Source: Rickettsiales bacterium (GTDB taxonomy: Bacteria; Pseudomonadota; Alphaproteobacteria; Rickettsiales; SXRF01). Taken from it: 64,000 nt of DNA. The stretch spans positions 96,315-160,314 of the forward strand of contig JANRLL010000001.1 in assembly GCA_033762715.1 (NCBI GenBank), read 5' to 3'. Made by a program: the position numbers and the translations under genes. Positions 48,355-64,000 of the stretch are shown piece after piece. The notes beneath the pieces are model-generated. The model ran no database searches. It was not told the origin of the DNA and saw nothing but the letters and a program-made list of their open reading frames with translations. The number at the start of each line of letters is the position of its first letter. The first letter of the stretch is position 1.

Positions 48355-49497
48355 ATGGTTCATACTGGCAAGGTGATGACGCAACAAAACCAACTACAAC
48401 CTATCGTTCTAGCTGCCGGCGGCACTGGCGGGCATATTTTCCCCGCAGAAGCGCTGGCGGAGAGCCTGCTGCGCCTGAATGAGCGCGTGGTGCTGGTGAC
48501 CGATAAACGCTTTGCCCATTTTGAAAGCGGCGCGCTATCTACCATCGAAAAACGCACCATCCGCGCTGGCACCACCTTGCGCGGCGGGCTGATTAAAAAA
48601 ATCAGTGGTGCCTTGTTTATCCTGGTGGGGATTGCGCAAGCCTGGAATGTGCTGCGTCGACTCAAGCCCAAAGCGGTGGTAGGCTTTGGCGGTTATCCGT
48701 CGTTTCCTACCGTGTATGCGGCCACGATCTTGGGTATTCCTACCATTATCCATGAGCAGAATTCAGTGTTGGGGCGTGCCAATCGCATGCTGGCTGCGCG
48801 CGTGAATATCATCGCTACCTCATTCGAGCAGACACAGATGATCTCCAGCTCAAATCTGCAAAAAGTAGCGCTCACGGGAAATCCTGTGCGTGCCAGCATC
48901 AAGGCGCTGCGCGACGTGCCGTATCCTACCGTGATGCCCGATGGCAAGCTGCATATTTTAGTCACCGGCGGCAGCCAAGGTGCTTCCATCTTCAGCCAGA
49001 TCGTGCCGGCTGCGATCAATATGTTGCCACCCACTTTGCGTGCGCGGGTACGGGTGGATCAGCAGTGTCGTGCCTCGGAATTGGCAGAGACGCGTGCGGC
49101 CTATGCCAAAATGTCAGTTAATGCCGATCTGGCCAGTTTCTTTGTCGATGTGCCGGCGCGGCTGGCTGCGAGTCATCTGGTGATTGCCCGCTCGGGCGCA
49201 TCTACCGTGTCGGAATTGACGGTGGCGGGACGTCCGGCAATTTTGGTGCCGCTGCCAACGGCTATGGATAATCACCAATATTTCAACGCCAACGCGATGG
49301 AAGATGTGGGGGGTGGCTGGGTGATGACGCAAGACGGATTTACGGCAGCTTCGCTTTCGGCGCGGTTGGAAGCGTTCTTGGCGGCGCCTGATATTTTAGG
49401 CAAGGCAGCCGAGAATGCGCGCAAAATTGGTGTAGCTGATGCGGCTTATAAGCTGGCGCAGCTGGTGTTGGCGCAGACAAACGGAGGTGGGTCATGA
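48355..49497 (+). CDS. murG: Undecaprenyldiphospho-muramoylpentapeptide beta-N-acetylglucosaminyltransferase
   Basis: [13 protein letters not shown] motif. Alternative start at ATG 48376. Confidence 0.93.
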   Translation: MVHTGKVMTQQNQLQPIVLAAGGTGGHIFPAEALAESLLRLNERVVLVTDKRFAHFESGALSTIEKRTIRAGTTLRGGLIKKISGALFILVGIAQAWNVLRRLKPKAVVGFGGYPSFPTVYAATILGIPTIIHEQNSVLGRANRMLAARVNIIATSFEQTQMISSSNLQKVALTGNPVRASIKALRDVPYPTVMPDGKLHILVTGGSQGASIFSQIVPAAINMLPPTLRARVRVDQQCRASELAETRAAYAKMSVNADLASFFVDVPARLAASHLVIARSGASTVSELTVAGRPAILVPLPTAMDNHQYFNANAMEDVGGGWVMTQDGFTAASLSARLEAFLAAPDILGKAAENARKIGVADAAYKLAQLVLAQTNGGGS

Positions 49498-50945
49498 TGA
49501 ATACAGCATCGGGTTCTACTATGCCGCTGGCCGTAGGCGTGTTGCATTTCATCGGCATCGGCGGCATCGGCATGAGCGGTATTGCCGAAGTGCTGCATAA
49601 TTTAGGCTATAAGGTGCAAGGCTCGGATGCGAGCGACAGCTACAATACGCAACGCCTGAAACAGCTGGGTGTCAAAATCTATATTGGCCAAAACGCCGAG
49701 CATGTGGATGAGGCGGCGGTCGTGGTGGTGTCGTCTGCGATCAAGCCTGATAATCCCGAATTGATGGCCGCGCGCGCTAAGCGCTTGCCGGTGGTGCGTC
49801 GCGCAGAAATGCTCGCTGAACTCATGCGCTTTAAATCATCGATTGCAGTAGCGGGTACACACGGCAAAACAACGACGACGGCGCTTACCGCCGCCATGTT
49901 AGAAGAGGCGCAATTGCAGCCGACTGTGATTAATGGTGGCATCATCAATGCGCGCGGTACCAATGCGTATTTAGGTGCTGGCCAATGGATGGTGGTAGAG
50001 GCTGATGAATCGGATGGCAGCTTCCTGAAATTGCCGGCGACCATGGCGGTCGTTACCAACATCGATCCCGAGCATCTGGATCATTATGGTTCGTTCGATC
50101 AGGCCAAGGCGGCCTATCAAACCTTCCTCACCAATTTACCGTTTTACGGGGTGGCGTTGCTTTGCACCGATCATCCGGAAGTGCAGGCTTTGGCAGTGCG
50201 CATTACCGATCGCCGCATTGTCACTTACGGCACCAACAAGCAAGCGGATATTCAAGCGGTGAATGTGCGCACCACCGAAGACGGGCAGATGTTTGATGTG
50301 GTGGTTGCGCCGCGCGGTGATGAAAAAGAGCGCGTGATTAAAGACGTGCTGCTTTCGATGCATGGCCGCCATAATGTGCTCAATGCACTGGCCGCTATCG
50401 GCATTGCGCTCGAGCTGAAACAGCCCGATAGCGTGATTACCGGCTGCCTGAAAAAATTTGAAGGGGTGAAGCGCCGCTTTACCAAAACCGGCGAGGGGCA
50501 CGGCCTTACCATCATTGATGATTATGGCCATCACCCGGTGGAAATTGCAGCGACCCTCAAAGCAGCGCGTGATGTGCAGAATTATCGCGGTGGTAAAGTG
50601 ATCGCCGTGGTGCAGCCGCATCGCTACACACGCTTGCATGATTTGTTTAATGAGTTTTGCACCTGTTTTAATGATGCGGATGTAGTGCTGGTGGCCGATA
50701 TCTACACGGCCGGTGAGGATCCGATCGAGGGCGTAAGCTCCGATCATTTGGTGGAAGGGCTGCGCCGCGCCGGACATCGCCAGGTGATCAGGCTGGAATC
50801 GCCGGAAGCATTAGCGCCCACATTACTGACTGTAGGTCAGGCTGGAGATATGGTATTATGCCTCGGCGCCGGCTCGATTACGAAATGGGCGTATGCTCTG
50901 CCGGCCGAGTTGAAAGCGCTTGAAAAGAAAAAGGCGGTATCATGA
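49494..50945 (+). CDS. murC: UDP-N-acetylmuramate--L-alanine ligase
   Basis: 483 aa: [23 protein letters not shown]. Confidence 0.95.
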   Translation: MMNTASGSTMPLAVGVLHFIGIGGIGMSGIAEVLHNLGYKVQGSDASDSYNTQRLKQLGVKIYIGQNAEHVDEAAVVVVSSAIKPDNPELMAARAKRLPVVRRAEMLAELMRFKSSIAVAGTHGKTTTTALTAAMLEEAQLQPTVINGGIINARGTNAYLGAGQWMVVEADESDGSFLKLPATMAVVTNIDPEHLDHYGSFDQAKAAYQTFLTNLPFYGVALLCTDHPEVQALAVRITDRRIVTYGTNKQADIQAVNVRTTEDGQMFDVVVAPRGDEKERVIKDVLLSMHGRHNVLNALAAIGIALELKQPDSVITGCLKKFEGVKRRFTKTGEGHGLTIIDDYGHHPVEIAATLKAARDVQNYRGGKVIAVVQPHRYTRLHDLFNEFCTCFNDADVVLVADIYTAGEDPIEGVSSDHLVEGLRRAGHRQVIRLESPEALAPTLLTVGQAGDMVLCLGAGSITKWAYALPAELKALEKKKAVS

Positions 50946-51877
50946 ATCAGGCGGCAGCCACCCAAAGTCTGGAAGTGTTAGAGACCAGCGACTTTGATGT
51001 GTTTCGTGAACGCCTGCGGCCCAATGCTGATTTATCAAAAACCAATTGGTTCGGTGTGGGCGGTCCGGCACAATGGCTGTTTCGTCCGCATGATACTGAT
51101 GAGTTGGCGGCATTTTTATCGCTGCTGCCCCTGTCTATTCCAGTCACGGTGTTGGGTGTGGGATCGAACGTGATTGTTCGCGATGGCGGTATTGACGGCG
51201 TGGTGATTAAATTAGGCCGCGGCTTTGCCGGAGTCGATGCGCTGCCAGGCCATAAGGTGGTGGTGGGTGCTGCGACACTAGCGCTCAATGCAGCGCTCTT
51301 TGCCTGCGAAGAAGAAATCGCCGGCCTGGAATTTTTAAGCGGTATACCGGGCACTATTGGTGGGGTGTTGCGCATGAATGGCGGCGCCTATGGCAATGAT
51401 GCATCGCAGGTGTTGATCGAAGCCGAAATCGTTGAACGCAGCGGCATGCGAAAACAGCTGACCAATGAGCAGATGCAATTTGAATATCGCAGCAGCGGTG
51501 TGCCGGAAGGCGCGATTATCACCCAAGCTACGATGCAAGGCACAGCCGGCAAGCGCGAAGAAATTGCCGATCGTATCCGCTCCATCACCGAAGAGCGCGA
51601 AACCACGCAGCCTGTGCGTACGCGCACCGGCGGCAGCACTTTTAAAAATCCGCCGAATCAGAAAGCTTGGGAGTTAATCGATCGTGCCGGTTGCCGCGGC
51701 CTTACCATTGGCGGCGCGCAAATATCGGAGAAGCATTGCAACTTCATGATCAATGTTGGCGGTGCGACGGCGCAGGATCTGGAAACGCTGGGTGAAGAGG
51801 TGCGCAAGCGCGTCAAGGAAGTGACCAATGTGTCGTTGGAATGGGAAATTAAACGCATAGGAAAGAAGAAGGCATGA
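50942..51877 (+). CDS. murB: UDP-N-acetylenolpyruvoylglucosamine reductase
   Basis: 311 aa. FAD-binding region [10 protein letters not shown] and GSTFKNP. Confidence 0.93.
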   Translation: MNQAAATQSLEVLETSDFDVFRERLRPNADLSKTNWFGVGGPAQWLFRPHDTDELAAFLSLLPLSIPVTVLGVGSNVIVRDGGIDGVVIKLGRGFAGVDALPGHKVVVGAATLALNAALFACEEEIAGLEFLSGIPGTIGGVLRMNGGAYGNDASQVLIEAEIVERSGMRKQLTNEQMQFEYRSSGVPEGAIITQATMQGTAGKREEIADRIRSITEERETTQPVRTRTGGSTFKNPPNQKAWELIDRAGCRGLTIGGAQISEKHCNFMINVGGATAQDLETLGEEVRKRVKEVTNVSLEWEIKRIGKKKA

Positions 51878-52806
51878 GCGCGCATGTGGCAGTGTTAAAA
51901 GGTGGGTGGTCAGCTGAGCGCGAAGTGTCGCTGAATAGTGGCGCCGCCTGTGCCAAAGCGCTGCGCGAACTGGGATACCGCGTTACTGAAATCGATATGG
52001 GTCATGATGTAGCGCAAGTGCTAGCTGCGACAAAACCGGATGTAGTCTTCAACGCATTGCATGGGCGTTTTGGCGAAGATGGTTGCGTACAAGGCATGCT
52101 CGATTTAATGCAAATTCCCTACACCCATTCGGGCGTGCTGGCATCAAGCGTTGCCATGGATAAACCGATGGCCAAAATATTGTTTGAATCGGTAGGGCTG
52201 CGCTGCGCCAAAGGCGTGGTGCTCGCGCGTGAGGAGTTGATTAAGGCCGATCCGCTGCCGAGGCCGTTCGTGATTAAGCCGGCCGATGAAGGCTCGAGCG
52301 TGGGCGTGCATATCGTCACCGAATCAGAAAATCGCTCACTGGCTATGATCATCGATGATGGCGCTTGGCGGGTGGAAGATGCGCCGACACCCACCGCGCA
52401 TCAAGTGCGCTATCTGGTGGAGTCGTATATTCCTGGGCGTGAGATTACGGTTGCGGTGCTGAGTGGCCGCGCACTAGGTGCAACGGAAATCCAGGTCAAG
52501 AGTGGGTTTTACGATTATGAGAATAAATATACCGAGGGCGGAAGCGTGCATATTCTTCCGGCGCCGCTTGAAAAAGCGCAATATGATGAGGTGATGCGGC
52601 TGGCGGAAAAAGCGCATAAGGTGTTGGGATGCCGCGGCCTCTCGCGCTCGGATTTCCGCTTTGACGGCAAAGATTTTTATATTCTGGAAATCAATACTCA
52701 GCCTGGCATGACAGCGCTTTCTTTGTCGCCTGAAATTGCTGCACATGCGGGCATCAGTTTCAACGAACTTGTGCAAGCATTGGTCAAAGAGGCTGCGTAT
52801 GGCTAG
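51874..52806 (+). CDS. ddl: D-alanine--D-alanine ligase
   Basis: 310 aa: VLKGGWSAEREVSL, HGRFGEDGCVQG, EINTQPGMT. Confidence 0.93.
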   Translation: MSAHVAVLKGGWSAEREVSLNSGAACAKALRELGYRVTEIDMGHDVAQVLAATKPDVVFNALHGRFGEDGCVQGMLDLMQIPYTHSGVLASSVAMDKPMAKILFESVGLRCAKGVVLAREELIKADPLPRPFVIKPADEGSSVGVHIVTESENRSLAMIIDDGAWRVEDAPTPTAHQVRYLVESYIPGREITVAVLSGRALGATEIQVKSGFYDYENKYTEGGSVHILPAPLEKAQYDEVMRLAEKAHKVLGCRGLSRSDFRFDGKDFYILEINTQPGMTALSLSPEIAAHAGISFNELVQALVKEAAYG

Positions 52807-53680
52807 AGCTAAATCGAAGAAAAAAGATACACTCACACCCAGACAACGGCAGTCGCAGCAAATCATGCGCGAAAAAGCCGCGCGTAAAAGGCGCGAGGCA
52901 TTTTTGCATAAGCTTGCTATTGCCAGCAGCGTGTTGCTAGGCATCGGTGTGCTGGCAGCTGGCGTGTGGATGTGGCGCTCAGGCGCGGTAGAGCGAACCG
53001 CGCAGCAGATGAGCGACGGCATCTATGCGATGACGGTGCATGGTGGCTATGGCTTGCAGACTTTATATCTCGAAGGGCGCAATCGCACGCCGATGGATGC
53101 GATCGAAGAAGCAATCGGCGTGAAAAAAGGCGACCCGATTTTGCGCGTATCGCTCAGTGAAATCCGTGAGCGGTTGGAAAAAATCGACAGTATTCGCTTT
53201 GCGGCGGTCGAGCGCGAATTGCCTGGCACGTTGTCTGTACATATTGTTGAACGTGAACCAGTGGCGCTATGGCAAAATAAGGGCAAGGTGGCGCTGGTGG
53301 ATGATAATGGCGTGGCGATGAAAGATGTTGATACCGCCAAATACCCCAAATTACCGTTGATTGTAGGCGAAAAAGCGCCGGAAAAAATAGGCGAGTTGCT
53401 GACGATTTTAGCGTCCGATGCCGATTTAGCGCAGCATTTCGACTCAGCCATTCGCATCAGCGCGCGTCGCTGGAATATCCGCTTATCGGGCGGGGTGGAA
53501 ATCAAGCTGCCGGAAGACAAGCCCGAGCAGGCCTGGAGGATGTTAGCTGAGCTGAATCGCAAGCAACGCCTGCTTGAGCGCAACATCAAGGTCATTGACT
53601 TGCGTTTACAAGATAGATTCTTTATTACTTTGCCTCCAGAGGAATCACCGAACCGCGCAAGTCGGGCGAAAGAAACGTAA
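52799..53680 (+). CDS. ftsQ: Cell division protein FtsQ
   Basis: Basic N-terminus, one TM helix (IASSVLLGIGVLAAGVWMW), then POTRA/FtsQ-type domains. Start placed at MARAKSKKK (ATG 52799), overlapping the ddl end by 8 nt. Confidence 0.85.
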   Translation: MARAKSKKKDTLTPRQRQSQQIMREKAARKRREAFLHKLAIASSVLLGIGVLAAGVWMWRSGAVERTAQQMSDGIYAMTVHGGYGLQTLYLEGRNRTPMDAIEEAIGVKKGDPILRVSLSEIRERLEKIDSIRFAAVERELPGTLSVHIVEREPVALWQNKGKVALVDDNGVAMKDVDTAKYPKLPLIVGEKAPEKIGELLTILASDADLAQHFDSAIRISARRWNIRLSGGVEIKLPEDKPEQAWRMLAELNRKQRLLERNIKVIDLRLQDRFFITLPPEESPNRASRAKET

Positions 53681-53689
53681 AACAGGGCT

Positions 53690-54955
53690 ATGAAAAAGAA
53701 TAAATCGATCCAGAAAAGTGGCGTAGGCAGCATTGCAGTGCTTGATGTCGGTACGACGAAGATCGCTTGCTTCATCGCGCATATCGATTCCGCCGGCGAA
53801 ACTAAAATTGTAGGTATTGGCCATCAGCTCTCCAAAGGTATCCGAAGCGGCATCATCACCGATTTTGCTGAAGCGGAAGCCTCGATCGTAGCGGCTGTGC
53901 ATGCGGCTGAAAAAATGGCGGGCGAGACGGTGGAAAACGTGCTGGTAAGCCTATCTGGAGGTAATCTGACCTCGCGCAATATCACCGTTGAGATGACCAT
54001 GCTCGGCGAAGAAGTGACCGATCGCGACATCATGGATATTATCGAGCAGGGCCGCGCGAGTGTTGCGCATAATGAGCATGATATTATCCATTGCATTCCG
54101 GTGTCGTATTATCTCGATGGTGCCAAAGGCATCATTGATCCGCGCAAAATGTATGGCAAAAAACTCGGCGCCGATTTGCATGTCATTACTGGTCTGCCGA
54201 GTGTCACGCGCAATTTGGCGCATTGCATCGGCCGCTGTCATTTGAATGTCGAAGAATATATTGCATCGCCCTATGCCTCGGGCCTTTCTTGCTTGGAAGA
54301 AGACGAAAAACAATTGGGCGTGACGCTGATTGACATGGGCGGCGGGGTGACCAGCTTTTCTATTTTCGCTGGCGGCAAAAATATTTATACTGATGCGATC
54401 CCCATTGGCGGCATGCATGTCACCAATGATATTGCGCGTGGTTTATCGACCAGCTTGCAGCATGCTGAGCGCCTGAAAACCCTGCATGGAAGCGCTATTG
54501 CCAGCGCACGGGATGATCAGGTGATGGTCGAAGTGCCGCCGTTGGGTGAAGAAGATCCCGATGAAAGCAACACCTTGCCACGCTCGATGCTAGTAGGTGT
54601 CATTCGCCCGCGCATTGAAGAAATTTTCGAGATGATTCGCGGCAAGATCGAAATGAGTGGACTCGGCGGCGTTGCTGGCAAGCGCGTGGTCATTACCGGT
54701 GGCGCGTCCCAGCTATTGGGCGTGCGCGAAGCGGCGATGAATCTGCTAGGTAAACAGGTGCGCTTAGGCCGTCCGCGCAGTTTCCCAGGATTAGCAGAAG
54801 CGGTGAGTGGACCTGCCTTTTCTACCTCTTTGGGCATGATTGAATATGTGGTGAAGAAGCCGATCGAAGAACAAATGTTTGACGTGCATCGCCGTAGAAA
54901 GGGACTCACTGCGGGTTTCGAGAAGGTCGTCAATTGGTTTAAAGAAAACTTCTAA
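53690..54955 (+). CDS. ftsA: Cell division protein FtsA
   Basis: 421 aa. Actin-like: VLDVGTTKI, LIDMGGGVTS, VITGGASQL. Confidence 0.93.
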   Translation: MKKNKSIQKSGVGSIAVLDVGTTKIACFIAHIDSAGETKIVGIGHQLSKGIRSGIITDFAEAEASIVAAVHAAEKMAGETVENVLVSLSGGNLTSRNITVEMTMLGEEVTDRDIMDIIEQGRASVAHNEHDIIHCIPVSYYLDGAKGIIDPRKMYGKKLGADLHVITGLPSVTRNLAHCIGRCHLNVEEYIASPYASGLSCLEEDEKQLGVTLIDMGGGVTSFSIFAGGKNIYTDAIPIGGMHVTNDIARGLSTSLQHAERLKTLHGSAIASARDDQVMVEVPPLGEEDPDESNTLPRSMLVGVIRPRIEEIFEMIRGKIEMSGLGGVAGKRVVITGGASQLLGVREAAMNLLGKQVRLGRPRSFPGLAEAVSGPAFSTSLGMIEYVVKKPIEEQMFDVHRRRKGLTAGFEKVVNWFKENF

Positions 54956-55102
54956 GTGTCCCATTGAGCCTACCAGATGTGGTAGGCGCTAAAATCGGCG
55001 GATTGATAAAAATGCATTTTTTTGCATAAAGCCACAAAATCTAGTGGTAAAAAGAATAAAAATAGTCAATATTATGGTGTCTTATGCCTTGGGGAGGAAA
55101 CC

Positions 55103-56689
55103 ATGACCTTGAATCTACACCTGCCAGATCGAAATGAACTATTGCGCCCAACCATCACGGTTATTGGCGTAGGTGGTGCCGGCGGAAACGCGGTGAACAA
55201 CATGATTGCCGCTAATCTGGAAGGCGTGAGCTTCGTGGTGGCCAACACCGATGCGCAAGCACTTGATCATTCGTTGACCGAACGCACCATTCAATTGGGC
55301 GCAGGTGTGACCAAGGGTTTGGGCGCGGGTGCCAATCCCGATGTGGGTCGTGCGGCAGCCGAAGAAGCACGCGACGAAATATCTGCCTATATCGAAGGCA
55401 GCAACATGGTATTCATCACGGCCGGTATGGGCGGTGGAACCGGAACAGGCGCAGCGCCAGCCATTGCGCGCATTGCAAAAGAACAAGGCATTTTGACCGT
55501 TGCCGTGGTCACCAAACCCTTCCAATTTGAGGGTGCGCACCGTATGCGCCTCGCTGAAGCGGGCTTGAAAGAATTACAAGATTACGTCGACACGCTGATC
55601 GTGATCCCCAACCAAAATTTATTCCGTATCGCTAATGAACGCACCACCTTTGCCGATGCGTTTAAAATGGCCGATGATGTGCTCCATTCCGGCGTTCGCG
55701 GCGTGACTGACCTGATGGTAAAACCAGGTCTGATCAACCTCGACTTCGCCGATATTCGCACCGTGATGCGCGAAATGGGCAAAGCGATGATGGGCACCGG
55801 TGAAGCAACCGGCGAACGTCGCGCGATTGAATCGGCAGAAGCCGCGATTTCGAATCCGCTGCTCGATGACGTGTCACTCAAAGGCGCGCGTGCCCTGTTG
55901 GTCAACATCACCGGCGGCACCGATATGACGCTGTTTGAAGTCGATGAAGCTATGAATCGTGTGCGTGAAGAAGTGGATCCCGAAGCGAATATCATTTTCG
56001 GTTCGACATTCCATGACGATTTGCAAGGCCGTATGCGTGTATCGGTGGTAGCAACCGGTATCGATGCACAAACCCAAATCAACAATACGCCTGCGCAAAA
56101 AGTGGGCGTGTCTGAACCCAAAAAACCGTATGTTTTCTCGCAGTCACCGGTGGTGAAGCCTGATGCGGCTAAACCCGTTGTCGCACGCCCGATGGGCATT
56201 GAAGCGATCCGTACCCAAGCGGCTGAACCTGCGCCTGCGCGCGCGCAAGCTGAAATGCGCCCACTGCCACCACGTGTTGAAAAAGCAGCTGAGATGATCG
56301 ATGAGCAAGCTGCCGAGCAGCATTTGCAAGCCATCAAAGAAGCAATCGAAGCACAAGACTTGCAAGACGCTCCACAAGATGATCTGCGCATGAGCCTGCG
56401 TGAGCCTGCATCAGCAGCTACGCCGCAAGATATTTCTCCGCGCCAAGCTGCTGGCAATGCCATTCGCCAGCAACAGTCACGCGAAGACAATAACGCGCGC
56501 GGCTTCTTCCAACGTATGGCTGATGTAGGCCGTTCGCTATCTGTCCGTAATGACGCTCCCCGTGCCGAAATCACCGAGCGTGTACAAGTCGTGCAAAAAG
56601 ATGGCGATACCGAAGATGCACAGAAAAAAGGCCAGGGTGAAGATCAGTATCTCGACATCCCTGCTTTCCTGCGCCGCCAAGCCAACTAG
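55103..56689 (+). CDS. ftsZ: Cell division protein FtsZ with a long disordered linker
   Basis: [27 protein letters not shown], and the C-terminal peptide [22 protein letters not shown] lies upstream of ATG 55103; the track ORF is 27 codons longer. Confidence 0.95.
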   Translation: MTLNLHLPDRNELLRPTITVIGVGGAGGNAVNNMIAANLEGVSFVVANTDAQALDHSLTERTIQLGAGVTKGLGAGANPDVGRAAAEEARDEISAYIEGSNMVFITAGMGGGTGTGAAPAIARIAKEQGILTVAVVTKPFQFEGAHRMRLAEAGLKELQDYVDTLIVIPNQNLFRIANERTTFADAFKMADDVLHSGVRGVTDLMVKPGLINLDFADIRTVMREMGKAMMGTGEATGERRAIESAEAAISNPLLDDVSLKGARALLVNITGGTDMTLFEVDEAMNRVREEVDPEANIIFGSTFHDDLQGRMRVSVVATGIDAQTQINNTPAQKVGVSEPKKPYVFSQSPVVKPDAAKPVVARPMGIEAIRTQAAEPAPARAQAEMRPLPPRVEKAAEMIDEQAAEQHLQAIKEAIEAQDLQDAPQDDLRMSLREPASAATPQDISPRQAAGNAIRQQQSREDNNARGFFQRMADVGRSLSVRNDAPRAEITERVQVVQKDGDTEDAQKKGQGEDQYLDIPAFLRRQAN

Positions 56690-57073
56690 GGTTTTATATA
56701 ACGGCCAATTTCGTCGTTATTCGCGGATCAAAAATCCTCACGTATTTTAGCGTACGCTGCTGTTTTTTCCCGCTCATGCCTAGAACTTGTCTCGTTTTAT
56801 AAAGCCCTCTATATAAGCTCACGCACATAATGCCGGTTCTCACATTGCTTCGCATCTAACTCAGCCTAGCGATTTTGTCTTCTTTCAGAACTGTGCTTTT
56901 TCGCTCACGGCCTAGCGCAAATTCCTCATAAAGATAGTTTTTCTCCTCTCGGTAGAAGTTTTTGATTTTTATAACCTTTTCCCTGTAACAATCTGTAACA
57001 AACCGTGATTTGAAAAGCAGCCATCATGGGCATAGAGTCGGGTTGTGTTTAATAACCAACGTTAGGTGTTCTT

Positions 57074-58003
57074 GTGACCAAACAAACGACTCTTGCCAAT
57101 AAAGTATCCTGCAGCGGTATTGGTCTGCATAGCGGCAGCCAAGTTAATATGACCTTATATCCTACTGCGGCTCATAGTGGCATCGTGTTCAAGCGCCTTG
57201 ATGTACCGGTTGAGAAATCCTTGGTCCCTGCGCGTTATGATGCGGTATGCGAAACCCGTCTGGGCACCACCATTCGCAATGAACATGGCGTAACGGTATC
57301 GACGATTGAGCATTTAATGGCTGCGTTTTGGGGCGCTGGCATTGATAACGTGCTGGTTGAATTAGACGGACCGGAAGTGCCGATTATGGATGGCAGTTCT
57401 GAGCCATTTTTATTCATGATTGAATGTGTCGGCACCGTAGCGCTGGCATCGCCGCGCTCGATTCTGCGCGTGATCAAAACGGTGGAAGTGCGCGATGGCT
57501 TAAGTGTTGCTCGCGTAGAGCCAAACCGTGAAGGCGATGAAGGCTGCGTGATGGGCATCGAAATCGAATTCGATAACCAGGTGATCAGCCGCCAACAATC
57601 GCATTATGATTTCCGTGAAGTGACCTTCAAACAAGTGCTCTCACGCGCTCGCACCTTTGGCTTCGAGCATGAGGTGGTCGCTATGCGTAAAATGGGTCTG
57701 GCCCTTGGCGGATCGCTCGATAACGCTATCGTGGTGGGCAAAGACGGAGTTCTCAATGAAGAAGGTCTGCGTTACGGCGATGAATTCGTGCGTCACAAAG
57801 CGCTCGATTGTTTAGGCGACCTCTATTTGGCCGGTCTTCGCATCGATGGCCGTTTCTCGTTTGTGCGTCCAGGACATGCGATTAACAACGCCTTGCTGCG
57901 CGCGCTCTTTGCCGATGAGATGGCGTATATTATCAGCCCTGAGAACCAACTTCCGGCACCTTCGCCTCGCTCGGGTCTGGAAGTCACTCCCGCCTACGTT
58001 TAA
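57074..58003 (+). CDS. lpxC: UDP-3-O-acyl-N-acetylglucosamine deacetylase
   Basis: 309 aa: GIGLHSG, TVSTIEHLMAA, FVRHKALDCLGDL. GTG start. Confidence 0.95.
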   Translation: MTKQTTLANKVSCSGIGLHSGSQVNMTLYPTAAHSGIVFKRLDVPVEKSLVPARYDAVCETRLGTTIRNEHGVTVSTIEHLMAAFWGAGIDNVLVELDGPEVPIMDGSSEPFLFMIECVGTVALASPRSILRVIKTVEVRDGLSVARVEPNREGDEGCVMGIEIEFDNQVISRQQSHYDFREVTFKQVLSRARTFGFEHEVVAMRKMGLALGGSLDNAIVVGKDGVLNEEGLRYGDEFVRHKALDCLGDLYLAGLRIDGRFSFVRPGHAINNALLRALFADEMAYIISPENQLPAPSPRSGLEVTPAYV

Positions 58004-58055
58004 AACAAGCAAAAATGCTGTTGTGCGGCTCTTGTCCCTAGGCTAAAACAGGGGC

Positions 58056-58862
58056 ATGAAAAAAATCCTTGTATGTGCGTTGGTAATGGGTGGGCTATTG
58101 GCTGGATGCGGCGATAGCGCCGAAGAAGCACCCAAGCCGCCTGAAAAAATGGAAATCCTCTATAATAACGCCTACGGCAAACTAGCTACGGGCCAGGCTA
58201 AAGAAGCGGCCAAAGATTTCGATGAAGTAGAGCGCCAATACCCTTACTCTGACTGGGCGCGCCGTTCGGTGATTATGTCAGGATTTTCCAGCTATCAAGG
58301 TGAGGATTTTGAAGCGGCGGTGGCAAGCTTCGAGCGCTATGTGAAGCTCTATCCCGATAATGAGTCCACACCCTATGCCTATTATATGATTGCGCTTAGC
58401 TATTATGAGCAAATTTCCGATGTGGGCCGCGATCAGAAAATGACCGAACAGGCGCTCAATGCGCTGCGCGAAGTGGTGCGCCGTTTCCCAGACAGCGAAT
58501 ATGCGCGCGATGCCAAAATCAAAGTCGATCTCACCGTCGATCACTTGGCGGGCAAGGAAATGGCTGTGGGCCGCTACTACTTACAGCGCGATGATTATTT
58601 GTCGGCGATTAACCGCTTCAAAGTGGTCGTTGAAAATTATCAAACCACCACCCATGTGGCAGAAGCCTTACACCGGTTGGTAGAATGCTATTTGAAACTG
58701 GGCATTCGCGAAGAAGCGCAGCGTTATGCGTCTGTGCTGGGGCATAACTATCCAGCGAGCTTGTGGTACCGCGATAGCTATGCGCTGATGACCAGTTCGG
58801 AGAAGACTAAAACCGCTGAAAATGAAACCGAATCCTCTTGGTGGGATTCGCTCATACCGTAG
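58056..58862 (+). CDS. bamD: Outer membrane protein assembly factor BamD
   Basis: 268 aa. Lipobox LLAGCG and TPR-like repeats (YPYSDWARRS..., YYLQRDDYLSAINRF). Confidence 0.88.
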   Translation: MKKILVCALVMGGLLAGCGDSAEEAPKPPEKMEILYNNAYGKLATGQAKEAAKDFDEVERQYPYSDWARRSVIMSGFSSYQGEDFEAAVASFERYVKLYPDNESTPYAYYMIALSYYEQISDVGRDQKMTEQALNALREVVRRFPDSEYARDAKIKVDLTVDHLAGKEMAVGRYYLQRDDYLSAINRFKVVVENYQTTTHVAEALHRLVECYLKLGIREEAQRYASVLGHNYPASLWYRDSYALMTSSEKTKTAENETESSWWDSLIP

Positions 58863-58868
58863 GATATT

Positions 58869-63519
<4,651 letters not shown>

Positions 63520-63523
63520 TTGC

Positions 63524-64000
63524 ATGAACACGCAGCAAAAATTACAGGCCTTACGCGAGCGCATGAAAGCGCAATCACTGGCAGGCTATATTCAGCCGGT
63601 GCAGGATGAATATATGAATGAATACCCGCCTGAGTGTAATCGCCGTGTGGAATGGCTGACAGGATTTGCCGGCTCGGCCGGTACTTCGGTAATACTCTCC
63701 GATAAGGCTGCGATGTTTGTCGATGGGCGTTACACGCTGCAGGTGACGCAAGAAGTCGATGGCACTTTATTTTCCATGCATAATAGCGCTGAGCTGTCGC
63801 CGTTGCTTTGGATTACGCAGCAGCTGGAGCAGTTACGTATCGGCTATGACCCGCAGCTTTATGGCCGTGATGCGGTGGCGCAGATGCAAAAAATACTGGC
63901 GACTAAACAAATCGAGCTGGTGCCGGTTACAAATCTAGTCGATGCGATGTGGGATAAGCGTCCACAGCCACCTGCCTCCCAGGTCGAGGTGCATGATGAA
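63524..64000 (+). CDS. Aminopeptidase P family protein (Xaa-Pro aminopeptidase), N-terminal part only
   Basis: My own translation from ATG 63524: MNTQQKLQALRERMKAQSLAGYIQPVQDEYMNEYPPECNRRVEWLTGFAGSAGTSVILSDKAAMFVDGRYTLQ, a creatinase/AMP_N-type N-terminus. The frame is open to the window end. Confidence 0.85.
   Translation, partial: MNTQQKLQALRERMKAQSLAGYIQPVQDEYMNEYPPECNRRVEWLTGFAGSAGTSVILSDKAAMFVDGRYTLQVTQEVDGTLFSMHNSAELSPLLWITQQLEQLRIGYDPQLYGRDAVAQMQKILATKQIELVPVTNLVDAMWDKRPQPPASQVEVHDE

Overview
This is a gene-dense chromosomal segment from an alphaproteobacterium. Supporting that call are a DUF1476/zeta-type ATPase inhibitor gene, a YbjN-proC pair, an alpha-type FtsL, and the order dcw cluster, lpxC, bamD, recN, ligA. 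GC looks roughly balanced by eye; I did not compute it. I can support about 66 protein genes and one RNase P RNA gene. I found no tRNA or rRNA genes, no CRISPR array, and no transposase, integrase or phage genes. Layout from left to right: (1) 1-7.9 kb, minus strand: aspartate aminotransferase, FKBP isomerase, ychF, a small membrane ORF, pth, rplY, prs and a CPA2 antiporter. (2) A 520-bp AT-rich gap, then uvrC, phasin, proC, ybjN, ubiK-like, hldD, ppx-ppk, sixA-like, rnpB and ampD-eamA-djlA. (3) purC-purS-ORF-purQ, then an MCP, purL and a cupredoxin-FTR1-barrel iron module on the opposite strand, then bolA-ORF-grxD, an unlisted entericidin-like mini-gene, a TPP decarboxylase and rluD. (4) 33.4-37.1 kb: five genes I cannot place in any family, wedged between rluD and rpsD. 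(5) 38.2-56.7 kb: a complete, tightly overlapping dcw cluster (mraZ rsmH ftsL ftsI murE murF mraY murD ftsW [81-aa ORF] murG murC murB ddl ftsQ ftsA ftsZ). (6) lpxC, bamD, recN, ligA, prmA and the start of an aminopeptidase P gene. The best candidate for something undescribed is block (4). Three successive transcription units carry the same ~22-bp box fused to their -35 elements. They encode two paralogous glycine-zipper membrane proteins with very Met-rich tails, a single-TM partner and an acidic protein, next to a membrane-anchored protein with ChaN/Tiki-like histidine motifs. Secondary signals are a helically phased CCGCTTT array and an MraZ-operator-like CCCA triplet upstream of mraZ, and small ORFs inserted into otherwise conserved gene pairs (ftsW/murG, purS/purQ, bolA/grxD, pth/ychF). 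All family assignments come from reading the translations by eye. No database search, folding or statistics could be run.
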